From the NCBI GenBank assembly GCA_903813345.2, contig CAIIXF020000001.1:19964001-20028000 (forward strand): a DNA stretch of 64,000 bases. The letters run 5' to 3'. Source of the DNA: Owenia fusiformis (taxonomy: Eukaryota). Under the pieces are notes generated by a model. That model was not told the origin of the DNA. It did no database searches and saw only the letters and a list, made by a program, of their open reading frames with translations. Below are positions 45,060-57,475 of the stretch, one piece after another (the first letter of the stretch is position 1; each line of letters begins with the position of its first letter). Position numbers and translations under genes: made by a program.

Positions 45060-46395
45060 TCCAAACCCCACTGTGGATATTGCGGTCAATTGTAACACAA
45101 TCACTGAATGAAATCTAAAGTGGTTAAATTGTAATCCAAATTTAAAAAATTTAATTTTCTGTCATAAATTATAAAAAAAACTAATTAAAATTGGTTTTAA
45201 AGTATTTTTTATTGACTTAATTTGGTGATTGCTTTTGGCCTTTAAATTGTGTAAAACCCAATTAAGAAGTGGTATTTAATGATTTCTCAATTGATTTCTA
45301 AATCAATTAAGTTGGAGAACTGGATGGTGGTACCATCATTTTTTAGATGTTCCTGTAAGGAGTGTTGAGGAATGTTTGAAAGCAGATCTGATTTCCTCTG
45401 GGCTATGCAGCCGTAGGGAAGACTGTCAGAATCAATCAATCTTGAACTTTTTGATTATGTTTTATAGATTTGTATAATATTTTTAAATGATTGTACATGT
45501 ATTATTTATTATTTGCATTAATTATTTTAAAATTTACAATCATTTTTTACATCCAATTAGGAATGATATGACAAAACAAGATGTCATATACCATTCTGAG
45601 CTCATATGAGATGCATACATTGCATATTTCAATAATTATTAAGGTAAAATAAGGTTACCCCTGAGCCATAAGAGCTAAAAATTGAAATTTCAATACTTTT
45701 TTTATCAAAAATACATGTGCTAACTTGGCTATTTATTTTGTCTGTGTAAACACCCAAATCTCTATTACAATAAATTTTTTAAAGACTTCAAGTCATCAAA
45801 TTCTTGAAATACAGTACTGGATGTCACATATCTTGCCCTTTAAACCATGAATTATTGCTAGATAATTTAGTTAACATGTATTTTCCCTCTAAACACCACT
45901 TTCAAAATGGGTTATACACAATTTCAAGACTCAAAGCAATCACCAAATGAAGTCATTTAAAGAAAATTACTTTAAAATCATTTTTAATTAGTTTTTATAA
46001 TGTACCCTCACATGCATGATAGGTGAGGGGGTCAGGGGCTAAAAAATCCACAAAGACTATCCCAAATCACTTACACTGAAATCATTTTTCACTCAGATGT
46101 GGTGTTTCTACAAATATACCTAGTTAATTGCTTTTCTGAAAAGATGAACTGATAAAGGGCTTATTTCTGGACATCTGACTCAATTGTAGGATTAACAGAT
46201 TCTAAAACTACATAAATACCAATTAAATTGTATTTAAGACTTTAAATTAAATTTTCAAAATTTGGATTACAATTAACCGCTTTAGGTTACAATTAGTGAT
46301 TGGGTTACAATTGGCCGCAATATCCACAGTCGGGTTACAATTAGCCGCATTGCGGCCAATTGTAACCGACAGGGTTACAATTAGCCGCAGTCTCG
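45060..46395. mobile_element. Foldback-type non-autonomous DNA transposon with GGTTACAATT-rich arms
   Basis: 45068-45160 is the inverse of 46250-46333. A second inverted pair lies at ~45165-45237 / ~45934-46000. Repeated (G)GGTTACAATT motifs. Confidence 0.65.
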
Positions 46396-46780
46396 GGACC
46401 CCCATACATGGCCCCTGGGGGTCAGGATGAAAAACACGGAATATATGTGAAATAGATAAATGTTGTGAATACACTGCCAAAATTTCAAACAATAATATTA
46501 ATTACTTTGGTTTAGAATGAAAAATTTATGATTTTTGCGAAAAAGTCCCGTCATTTTTAAAGCGGCGGCCATCTTGAAAAATTTTTTTTTGCGTAAAACT
46601 ATTCACCAATATACATCTTTCCACTAAATATGAAGAAAATCTGTCAACTAGTATTTGAGTTATCTTCCGGACAGACGGACGGACTGACTGACTGACGGAC
46701 TGACGGACTGACGGACAGACGGACGGACGGACGGAGGGCTTCACTATATCCCTAACGAACTTCGTTCGTTGGGATAATAA
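46396..46780 (+). mobile_element. 3' part of a HINE-like element
   Basis: GGCGGCCATCTTGAA core, (GACG/GACT)n microsatellite and terminal hairpin TATCCCTAACGAACTTCGTTCGTTGGGATA followed by ATAA. Confidence 0.7.
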
Positions 46781-47016
46781 GTTCATAGCATCACCACAGA
46801 TATATCTAAATACTAGAATTGAGATTTGTTATCGTAATTGTAAAAATACAATTCTTAAAGTAATGAGACACTCGTCATGGATATCATAGAGGTCGCAGTT
46901 AATGGAGGTCGAAATGTCGTGATTTCAAAAGTGATCATTTTTTCGTCCCATTTCCAATGTTATTCGCACAATTATGCTGATTTAAGAATTGGTGAGTTAC
47001 CATAAATACGATTTAA

Positions 47017-47655
47017 AGCGGGTATATGGACTGTGGAGAAAAAAATTGAAAAATTTTACCTTTTCTGAGCTATCGGGGCGAAGTTTGGTCTAACAACTTC
47101 TTCCTTATTCCTATTTTATAAAAATGTATGCATATGCCAATATTCATCAACCAGTAGATTTGGCAAATCGTTTAGAATCTACAATTCTATAGAAGGAGTC
47201 CCACCCATAGATTTTTCAAATTCTTTCCAAGTCGACGTCGAAACACCTAGCGGGTGAAATTGAAACTAATTTTTCTTGCTGCTCGAATCGATAGAATCTC
47301 CGATAGTGTGAGTCTTTTTATGAAAATGTTTCTTATAGAAATCACTTGACGATTATTAGAAAGCATTAAAAGTTGAATCCAAAGTGTAATCTGAAATAAA
47401 AGTGAAAAAACATTGCGCGGACGTTAGAGAACAAACTTCCGGTTTAATAAAAAATGGCGTAGACGAAGGAGAAGAAGCAGACGAAGAATTCGAGGATTTT
47501 CTTTTGCCATTATCGATCGATATAAGGTATGTGCACAAATTCTAGTTGCATACATGGAAAATAGATACATTTTAAAGGCTAAAACATATTCAAAGCTTTC
47601 ATTTTACGATAGGCCCAGGATCACTGGATACGACTCGGCAGTCTTTATACCCACT
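47017..47655. mobile_element. Kolobok-like MITE
   Basis: TTAA|AGCGGGTATATGGACTG ... CAGTCTTTATACCCACT|TTAA; AG...CT termini with TTAA duplication. Confidence 0.7.
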
Positions 47656-47870
47656 TTAATGTCTTGCCCGTGCATTGGGACAAAAGATAATGCATGACCC
47701 AACTCAGTGACGGAGAAATGCGCAATTAGAGTAGAGGCTTAGATTTCCCGAGATAAGAGCCTGTCTGTTTTCTACCTAATACATAGTGAGTGGGAGGGGG
47801 ATGAACTCTTGTTCCCGTGCTGTGTATAGGCTGCAGCCAACTACATGTACAGTGGGGGACAAAAATAAAA

Positions 47871-48336
47871 CTCAACGTTCACAAGTTGTCACAATGAGCT
47901 AATTTCCAAGTTTCGTGTCTCAAACTCTCCCAAGCGGTAGGAAATAATTCCCGTTCACTAAAGTAGCACAATAAAGGAATCCAAAGCTTCATACCTGCAA
48001 ATAATGGATAAATCCCTAACAAATCGAATGAATGTTTTAATGAATCGCCATGTTTGTTATCCAAGGACGGTTGACTCCCAGAATGCAACATCAGTTACCG
48101 TATTTACTCATGACAGGTTTTAAAATGGCGGAACAGCATTTTGAAAGCTGGCACGTGTCATGTTGCATTCTGGGAGCCAATCCTCCATTCAGGCGCAATC
48201 GGGCGACAAAATCACCTCAACATTTGAAGAGTCGGCATAACATGTGAATATCCACTTCAACTTTTAAAATCCACTATATTTGGACTTACTCAGACGGAGA
48301 AAATAGAGCACGGAATACACTGAGGTAAGAATTTAT
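47871..48336. promoter_or_regulatory. Inverted duplicate of a bidirectional promoter-like segment with splice donors at both ends
   Basis: Reverse complement of 50066-50700. Contains two opposed CTCCCAGAATGCAAC (ZNF143/Staf-like) motifs, AAAATGGCGG and AACATGGCG (YY1-like), and CCAATC. Donors: GAG|GTAAG (+, after 48324) and CAG|GTATG (-, after 47995). Confidence 0.6.
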
Positions 48337-48947
48337 TACATGTGCAATAGGTGCATTCATTCACCCTCTGGGTCTCTGAGGATCGTGTTGGCCCCAGGGG
48401 TGCATAACGTGCAATGTAAATTTATAAAATATTAGGTGCATTCATTCACCCTCTGGGTCTCTGAGGATCGTGTTGGCCCTAATGCAAGTCCTTACGACAA
48501 TCCAACGCATTAGAGGCGGTGTTCACCGTCTACATGTGCAACAGCATTTAATTTTCATAGCTTTTGCAATTCTTTATGATCCCCACTGTAACCAACCAGC
48601 CAACCAAATAACCAAACATATTATTCTCTATAAGCTAATTGATTCATACCTTTCATACGTTTCAGATTGATGCAGTACAATGATTATATTCACGATATTT
48701 TACTATGCCATTTTGTCAATTTGCAACATGTGTACTTTCCATTTAGACGTTCTCAAGAAGTGACCTCTATTATCAGTTAAAGCTAATCGATCAACTCTAA
48801 AACAACGCGTTAATCAATCAGGATCTAAAATATTAATCTCAAGTAAAGTAATTGTGATCAATAGTATATTGAGATTCAATTAATATAAATTAACCAAATA
48901 TTGATCAAACTTAGAACTCATCTATGAAGATTTTTGATTGATTAGTC

Positions 48948-49534
48948 GGGTGTTACTAAATACCACCTAGGTGTCCCCTTGGGCACCTGGATTTATAATT
49001 CCATTTTAAATAATTAAATATAGTATTATTTCCTTTGTCATATTAACTTGACATAATAGACTTGAAATAATAATTTGTAGCCGAGAATATTGCAAAGAAA
49101 TGTAAAATATCTATGCAATGAAATGTAAAAAGTTTTTTTGCTAGATGGCCACCTGGAATTTTGTTCATGTATATGGTCACTTATTTGTAATAATATAACT
49201 GTTTTAATGCTAAAGTGCGCATTTATATTTGAAATATATATATTGTTCTTACTTGAGTTGCTAAAATAGTGAATTTGTGGCATTTTTAGTGAGCAAATAA
49301 TGAAATATTATCCTAACAAATGGCCTTTTCTACTGATCGATCAAAATTTTCAAGACAATTAAAAAGATAATGACAAACAGAAATCTTTACACAAGTTCCA
49401 TAAAAATACTTTATTATGTACCATATTACTCTTGGAAAGATGTTAGCTTGAAATAAAGTAGTAAAATAAGCCAGTAAGGCATTTCAATGGGGGCACCTAG
49501 GTGTGGGGCACCTAGGTGGTATTTAGTACAACCC
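48948..49534. mobile_element. MITE with ~30-bp TIRs and 8-bp target-site duplication
   Basis: GATTAGTC|GGGTGTTACTAAATACCACCTAGGTG...CACCTAGGTGGTATTTAGTACAACCC|GATTAGTC (TSD at 48940-48947 and 49535-49542). Confidence 0.85.
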
Positions 49535-50065
49535 GATTAGTCTGTTCCTACACAAATTTTGATGACGTAGTTCACAACAGGTAAATTGGAAATAAACAAA
49601 ATTTCAAAATTCTGGCCAATATTTGCTCTGTTATGACATCCACCTTTAATTTAGTTTAAATTTTATCGATGAATGACTTCATTGATATACTATCTTTGAT
49701 TCTACCAAGTAAGGCGTTATATAATATTGGAACGTTTGAGTAATTGGTTCTAAACCGTCGCTAAAGTCAGAGTCATAATTCCATCCATCCATCCATTGTT
49801 GAGTAGATTCTACTTTGAATCTAAAAATAATCAAAGGACCACATTGAAACAGTGTATGAAAAAAAGAAACATTCACACATAGCCTAACTTTTGTACATTT
49901 TGATTTGTTTCGTATCATATGTATGGCCTCTTACATGTTATGTAACATGGTTGGAACTCCCTAAATTACAAAAAGGTCACAGCTTTTCTGCACATTATAC
50001 TAACAAAAGCGGTAAACATAAATAATGCCTAAAACTATGAAAAAAGACATTCTGTCACATATCTC

Positions 50066-50700
50066 ATAAATTCTTACCTCAGTGAATTCTTACCTGAGTG
50101 CTCTATTTTCTCCGTCGGAACGTTTAAATATAGTTGAATTTGTGTCCATAATGACAAATAGGAACTTAAAAATTTGAAGTGATATTCACATGTTAATGCC
50201 GACTCTTCAAATGTTGAGGTGATTTTGGAGCCTGATTACGCCGCAAGGAGGATTGGCTCCCAGAATGCAACATGACACATGCCAGCTTTCAAAATGCTGT
50301 TCCGCCATTTTGAAACCTGTCATGAGTAAATACGGTAACTGATGTTGCATTCTGGGAGTCAACCGTCCTTGGATAACAAACATGGCGATTCATGAAAACA
50401 TTCATTCGATTTGTTAGGGATTTATCCATTATTTGCAGGTATGAAGCTTTGGATTCCTTTATTGTGCTACTTTAGTGATGTTACATTCTGGGAGTCAATC
50501 CTCCTTGGATCACAAAAATGGCATTTCATGAAAACATTTTTTTGATTTGGTAGGAATTTATCCATCATTTGCAGGTATGAAGCTTTGGATTCATTTATTG
50601 TGCTTCTTAGAGTGAATGGGAATTATTTTTCTACCGCTTGGGAGAGTTTGAGACATGAAACTTAGAATTTAGCTCATTGTGACAACTTTTGATGGTTGAG
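50066..50700. promoter_or_regulatory. Putative bidirectional promoter and non-coding first exon(s) of the LRR gene
   Basis: ZNF143-like TCCCAGAATGCA pair, YY1-like AACATGGCG and CCGCCATTTT, ATTGG box. Plus-strand donors CAG|GTATGA after 50438 and 50574; minus-strand donors at ~50077 and ~50093. Next plus-strand acceptor is TTCCTTGCAG at 51684. Confidence 0.6.
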
Positions 50701-50934
50701 GTTTATTAATGTTTCTGACTATATCTGAAATATACAAAAGTTAAGCCTTGGACATACATGTATGTTTCTATTTTTCCATATACTGTTGCAATATGGTGAT
50801 TATATTTTTTTAATTCAAAGTACAAAATAGAATTTTAAAGCGGACTGTATACGTTTATAATAATTGGTGTAGGATAGGTGCTGACCTTGCCATGCATACA
50901 TTTCTAACCTCAATTGATTCTAAACAACACCTTT

Positions 50935-51266
50935 CACTGGCGGATTAGGGGGGGGGGCCTGGGGGCCCGAGCCCCCCCCCCCCTTGGGTAGGCCCAGAAA
51001 AAAAAAATTGGGCCCAAAAATTTTTTTGGGCCAAACAAGGCCTTCAGGCTCCAAAAAGTGGGCCTTTTTGGTCATTACTGGGCCTTTTAAGGCCTTATTT
51101 TTTAATTTCAGGCCAAATTTTGAAGAAAATGGGCCTCAAATTTTCAAAATTTGGGCCCACTTTTGGATTTTAGGGGCCCAAAATTTTTTTCCTCGCAATC
51201 GCGGACGTTTTTTTCTCTGACCTGAAATTTGGGCCCCCCCCTTGTTGGTTCCTAGATCCGCCCCTG
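50935..51266. mobile_element. GC-rich MITE with 5-bp flanking direct repeat
   Basis: CCTTT|CACTGGCGGATTAGG ... CCTAGATCCGCCCCTG|CCTTT; internal GGGCCC repeats. Confidence 0.7.
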
Positions 51267-51754
51267 CCTTTAATGTTCACTTAAAGGCAAAAAAGTTTTG
51301 GCTGTCTCCTATTGTAGAGGTAATAACATGATCTTTAAATCGGCCAGTATTTCAAAATGTCCAATATCAACCTGGGGAATTAATTCTGAGTACAATTAGC
51401 AGCATTACAAAATGAGGTTACATCCAGTATCTTTATAATATGGGAAATACCATGTAGGCAAGTTGTTATGCAATGATAATTAATGCCTGGTGCGACTCAC
51501 TTTTAAAATGCCATAATTTTTTGTCTTTATAACTTTTCAACAAGGTTGTACATACAGGGTTCAATTTTTAAAATTAGAAAATGATGCTTAATAAAATTTC
51601 TATTTATGCTCAATTAGTGTCAGCTCAGTAACTAATTTTGAAAACATATTGGATGACAAACTATGATATTTTTCTTCCTTGCAGGAAAATCCTCATTTAC
51701 CTCATATTGTATGATACTAGAATCCATTGGAAAAAATGTGCAAATTGGAAAATA

Positions 51755-54700
51755 ATGTCTGAAAACGGGTAAGTAAGACTCTCCAAACTGCCAAAGTAAA
51801 TTCTCTATTATTTAAAGGGGCAACAAGGCCTGTAGAGAAGATAGGAAAATTTTAATTTTTTCTGAGCTATCAAGGCAACAATTGGCTTAACATCTTTAAC
51901 ATCCCAATTTTCTTAAAATGTATGGATAAACTATCAATTTCAGCATTAAGAAGTATAAATTCAGTTCTAAGCTTCAAAAAGTGGAAATCCACTTTTATAT
52001 TTTTATGATCCACCATGTTTGAAGAGGAATATCAGCTGAAATAATGTTCACCTAGGGGGTTTCTTTGGTAGATAATAAAAACAGATTCAAGTCTTGATGA
52101 AATATCCAAAAGTAAATATATTTTGACACTGGTCCATGATCGTTGCACTTATTGTTGCACCTTTAACACCTCTCAAAGTGAACACATTCAGTCTCTTTTT
52201 CATTTTTTGTCGATTCCCATTTTAAAGACTTAGTTCAATGTTTTTATTCAACTGATTATCATTTTTGACAGGTCACATTTGTGGTGACATACTGTTATGG
52301 TCTCCAACTTTTTGTGGACTATGTTTGACATCCTGTGGTCGGTGTCTGTAACAAATGGCAGGTGACATTTTGCATGTTAATGCCATGTAAGTAATTTTCA
52401 CTTAGGAGATATTACTTTTTCAGGTCATCCCAATATTCAAATAACACCCGTGGGTCTCATCCTCACTCTGAGATAAGTGGCACCAATGTGCCACTTCCAC
52501 TAGTGACAGCATATAAAGGAGATGTAAAATCTAACAAAAGCAATCCAGAGGTGCTTCCAAAGGTAAACATTCCATTTCAAAGACTTGTATTTTTTAGGAA
52601 TCCTACTTGCTTTGAACATCTAGAATTGTGTGGCTTTTTGGCATATTCGGTAAAATTTGATGGCCATTTTGGACTTTCCATTCTAAAACCTTGTCTACAA
52701 AGACTTGTCTGCAAAATTGTTCCATGGTTCGTGGCATGTCTGTGGCATGTTTTAAAAAGGTCATTTTGGATTTAGATGTGAAATGATTTTTACTGACTTA
52801 ACTAACTTAGTTATTGTTTTCAAAATAAGTTGAATACTGATTTTTGATGAATATATTTGCAGGATAAACAAGAGCTTAGTAAAATATATTATAGTTGAGA
52901 TAAAGTTGTTAGCTCATGCAAGTCTCAAACTATATTTGAATTAATGTAAATACTTTTTTTAAGTTACCCTCTCATAGATTTCGTTGGACAAACTGGCATG
53001 AACTACGTAACAATCACATTCAAGGCCCCCAACTGAAGGCACCTAGAGTGAGAGAGGGCCCTCCAGAGAAGGAAGAACAGTTCTATACAGATAAAAATGA
53101 TGAAGGGGAGCTCATGCACACATCAAAGAAAGGCAAGGAACGTAAAGATTACCAGGATAAAGCTGAAGATTGGGAGGAAGCTGAAGTAAGTATGGCAAAA
53201 GAGTAAAGGACACCATTTCATTTTTATTGACAATCTTTAGATGTGTTGACTTATTGTTATGGCCTCCAGCTTCTTTGTGGACAGTGTGGGACGGTTGGTG
53301 TTCAACAGTTTACTAGTATGTTCAGCGATCTGCATTCAGCATCTGTAACAATGGTGTGCAGTGACATTTTGCATCTTTAAAATGCCTTGTTTTAATGATA
53401 TACAGGGTGGTCAGAAAAATAGAAAATTGAATGATGTACAAATGTGCAAAATATCAGGGAGTTATTCCTTAAAATGACAAATATATGAGGAAAATGGTGT
53501 AAGGGTTTCCATTTTTTTGACCACCCTGTACAATGAATATAAATGTATTTCAGTTTGCCAACCTGTCATTCCAAGACCTACAACACAAGTACCAGAAAGA
53601 TAACTTTCTTCGTGTTTTGAAGCGTCTTCATGTTGTAGAGGAATTGAACCTTATTGACAACAACCTTACTGACCTCTCATCAGTCACATTCCCAAAGTAA
53701 GACTATACTGCTTCTAAGAGGAGTTTTTATATACTGCATTGAAATCTCTTGACTAACTTTGATTTATGTTTCATTTTCCATGGCTTTTCCAACTTTTCAA
53801 AAGAAAAGTATAGGCCAAATCTCAATTGATGCAATGTTAAAAATTCTTTAAAACCTTGGTTTATTTGTTCAAAAAACAAATTTTTCATGATTTACCACTA
53901 ATATACATTAACATACATCCCAGAGTATGCCACTTGAGTTTCACTGATTCTTCCAGCACTTTTTGATAAAACATGAAATAAAGTGACTATTGCAAGTTTT
54001 TACGATTGAAGCCTATTGCAGTTTGGTCCAATCAATAGAAATCAAAAAGTGCTGATATCTATTTATTCAGCTATATAGCAACTCCCTTCTTGTTCAATCG
54101 TTAGACAGTGTCTAATGATAATGATTGATTCAAGTGTTCCAAAATAGTTGATATTTGTTACATTTTAAATGTGAAATACAATAAAACATGATGACATTTG
54201 ATAGGGTATTACATTTTTTTTATTTTTTTTTTATTTCAGATGTGAATTCTTAAACTTGAATAGGAATCACATTGCATCATTCAAGGTAAGCTATTATGTG
54301 ATTTTTGATGATTAGGTAGGTCAGGTACAATAGGAAGGCCAATGTTAGCATAGGCTTGCATATAACAGCCAGTGACATGCACAATTATGAACCAAATTCC
54401 TCCCATTTTGCCTGCCTTAATTAACATGAAACAATTTTATTAACATGGACTATAGATAACAATTATAAATGATAAAACATCTTCCAAAAACAAACGTCAT
54501 CCACTCATTTTCTGAAGGAATGAACAGAGGTCTGGAGCCATGTGCTTGGAGAATGATGATAAAATAACAATAAATTAAAATGTTGAACTACAAACTATGT
54601 CTACCTGCATTAGCTTTAGTATGTTTGTATGTATTTACCACACTGGAGTACTGTTCACTAAATTGTTTAAAAAAATACACCAGACCAAGGATCAAGAGGT

Positions 54701-57127
54701 CATGAAAGTTTTGAAATGAATTTGGGAAAAAATATTGATATTTTTCAAAAAATACACCTTTTCATCATGGTTCTCCAGATTTGGTAGTATACAAGCCTGA
54801 GATAACAGCCTAAATGATAAGGAAAAATACTGGATAGTAATCAAACCTCACTATTGCTATCATGTTTATAGAAGTACTTCTCATTACCAGACTTACTGTT
54901 TACACATTTAATGAGTAAATTAATTAAGTTAGAGATTACTTAAATTTAAATACTAGTATGAAATAATCTTGTATTATTATCCCATCGAATGAAGTTCGGA
55001 GGGATATAGAAAATGCCTCCGTCCGTCTGTCCGTCTCAAGTCTGTGGACCCTGAAGAAAGATAACTAAAATCGCAATCAAATCAAGACAAAGAAAGAAGA
55101 AAATAAATGAAGAAACCAATGCAGCAAAAACCGGGCAATAATTCAAATACCGTTGGCCCGATTTTGTTCATATTTTGTACACATATACCCTATGGGGGTA
55201 GAAGTTCTGCTCGAAAGCCAATTTTCAAAATGGCTGCTCATTTCAAAATGGCGGCCATTTCAGTGCCGAATTCACAGTAATTTAGGTGCAATATGTAAAA
55301 CTGTAATAGCAATATGTTTTAGATGTAAAAAAATTATATAGGACATTAATAAAGCTAGAAATGTAGATATTAAAGAAGCACATGGCAGCCATCTTGAAAA
55401 ATGGCTGCATTTACTCGTTATTTTACGATTTTTGCTGTAACTCGAAAAGTAGGGGAGCGATTTTGTTCATATTTGGTATGTGAATACTATAAACATTGCA
55501 CATTGTCTAAAGACGCTTTTGGTAGAAGGTGGCCATTTTGAAAAATGGCCGCCATTTTGAAAAATGGCCGCCATTATAACCTATTTTACTATAACTCGAA
55601 AAGTAGTGAAGCGATTTTCTTGAATACTATAAGGATGGCACACTGTCTAATGACACTTTTGGAAGAAAGCGGCCATTTTTCAAAATGGCCGCCATTTTAA
55701 CGTATTTTACTATTACTCGAAAAGTAGTGGAGCGATTTTGTTCATATTTGGTATGTGAATACTATAAGTATGGCAAATGGTCTAATGACACTTTTGGTAG
55801 AAGGCGGTCATTTTGAAAAATGCCTGCCATTTTTGCTATATACTTTGTTTGTTAAAATGCCATCCATGGCTGTTCGATGGGATTCGCTACGCTTTGGCGT
55901 TGCCGTTGTTCTGATTATCTTTTTGAATAATAAATGATTTTTATAAAAATTGACATTTCAGTCACTGCCAAAGCTTCCTAAGGTCAAATATTTATCAGTA
56001 GGAGAGAACAACATCACATTACTTGATGGAATAGACAACCTGAGAAAATCTCCCATAGACATACTTTACCTTAAAGGAAACTCTGTAGTGTTTACAGAGT
56101 ACTATAGACAGAGGTATGTACAGTAGGACTTGAGCACCCATGTAGGTCTTAGATATTTTCTTCAACTGGCAATCGCCATATTGATTATTTGATCCATGAT
56201 CCCTGAAATGTCGAAATGTGACCTGTAATTGATAGTTCTTTCCTGATACATGTGCATACAGGGTGACCCAAGAAATCCAACACTCTAGTTGTGAAATTAA
56301 TTTCTCAATTATGGGATATCGTTTTGAATTTTCTTGTGATTTTTCTTGAGCAAATAGCAGGCAGCTCTTATATCATGCTGTTTAGTGCTGATTAAGCGAA
56401 GCCTTGTACCTTTTCAGGAAAGAAGCTTTGTATCGTAGTCTATTCATGATTCATATTGCAGGCTGAAGCCCTCAGAAATGTTTGAAAAGAAGATCTCAAA
56501 TTAGCAAATTCAATCAATGAACCATTAGAGTAGATGCGAGTAGAAATAATCTTGATTTATGTCATTAAATGTTCAAAATTCAGTCAAAGAGATGTCATAT
56601 TCGTACATGTAAAAGTACATCTAGAAATATGGTTTCGAAAATTGTTTATCAACAGGTCCCTGTTACAAAATCATAAAAAGTGAAATATCTTTTCTTGTAT
56701 TGGACAGATAATATTTTCTTTTACTGGACATATTTTAATTTGCATAACTATTAGATACATAAGGGTGATACGAAAATTGAACCACTAGAACAGATTTATT
56801 TAAAGTAAAGGGAACTTTCTACTATACCCGCCATGCTATCTGACCCGAACGAGTCATCTGGTGGTAAAACTGGTAACTACCTACTGGCATCTGCGTTTTT
56901 GATCGGGCACTTAATAAATTGACAGGACCCTCAAAAATGTTACATGATTTCACCAACCACTAGTTACAATATAATATTCTTGTTTTAATGTATTTGAAAT
57001 ATATTTCAGGGTTTTCCTGGAGTTACCCCACCTGAAAGTCCTAGATGGCATCCCCAAGTTACCCTCTGATACTGCACCTCTACCTGATGACTTTGTTGAT
57101 AAATCCTCCACATGCGTTATCTCATAA
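51755..57127 (+). CDS. Uncharacterised leucine-rich-repeat protein (SDS22/U2A'-like LRRs + LRRcap) with C-terminal CaaX motif, 226 aa
   Basis: Exons 51755-51768, 52978-53185, 53554-53696, 54240-54285, 55962-56113, 57010-57127 (681 nt, all GT-AG, in phase). LRRs: VEELNLIDNNLTDL, CEFLNLNRNHIASF, VKYLSVGENNITLL, IDILYLKGNSV. Cap: YRQRVFLELPHLKVLDG. Ends STCVIS-stop. Missed by the ORF track; the start ATG is the least certain part. Confidence 0.88.
51816..52162. mobile_element. Kolobok-like MITE related to 47017-47655
   Basis: TTAA|AGGGGCAACAA ... TTGTTGCACCT|TTAA; shares CTGT.GAGAA..AAAATTTTA..TTTTCTGAGCTATC with the 47-kb copy. Confidence 0.65.
53401..53530. mobile_element. Very small Tc1/mariner-like MITE
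   Basis: TA|CAGGGTGGTCAGAAAAAT ... ATTTTTTTGACCACCCTG|TA. Confidence 0.7.
54973..55916 (-). mobile_element. Complete Helentron-associated (HINE-like) non-autonomous element in an LRR-gene intron
   Basis: Subterminal inverted repeats ATCCCATCGAA (54979) / TTCGATGGGAT (~55873), a terminal hairpin, a (GTCC)n microsatellite, and ~115-bp tandem cores containing AAAATGGCCGCCATTTT. Confidence 0.7.
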
Positions 57128-57342
57128 TCCTCAATACAGCACTGTACAATAACTTATGTGACGGAATAGAATTCTGAAGACACTATCTAGAAGACTTCTG
57201 ATTATAACATAAGGCTGATAGAAAGGAATCCTCCATCTGTTCAGGATTGGTTTTTGTTTTAAAATGGTGAAAGTGCCATAGAACTTGGAGAAAGTGATTG
57301 AACATTATGAGGTTCTGATAAACAACTTTGTGGTTGAATTAA

Positions 57343-57475
57343 AGTGGCACTGTCTTTAATATTTCATTCAGAATCACTAACAAAACAGTATTTCACACTA
57401 TTTTACTGCCCCTCAAAAGTGATGTGTTGCATATATTATGTATAGTCAAATGTAGATTAAATAGACAGTGCCACT
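57343..57475. mobile_element. Kolobok-like mini-MITE downstream of the LRR stop codon
   Basis: TTAA|AGTGGCACTGTCT ... AGACAGTGCCACT|TTAA perfect inverted termini. Confidence 0.75.

Noticed and set aside
47660-47870. Possible SINE, ribozyme or structured ncRNA in a GC-richer patch (similar patch at ~8040-8150)
   Set aside because: No convincing A/B boxes, hammerhead core or HDV fold could be identified by eye; an Infernal/Rfam search would be needed.
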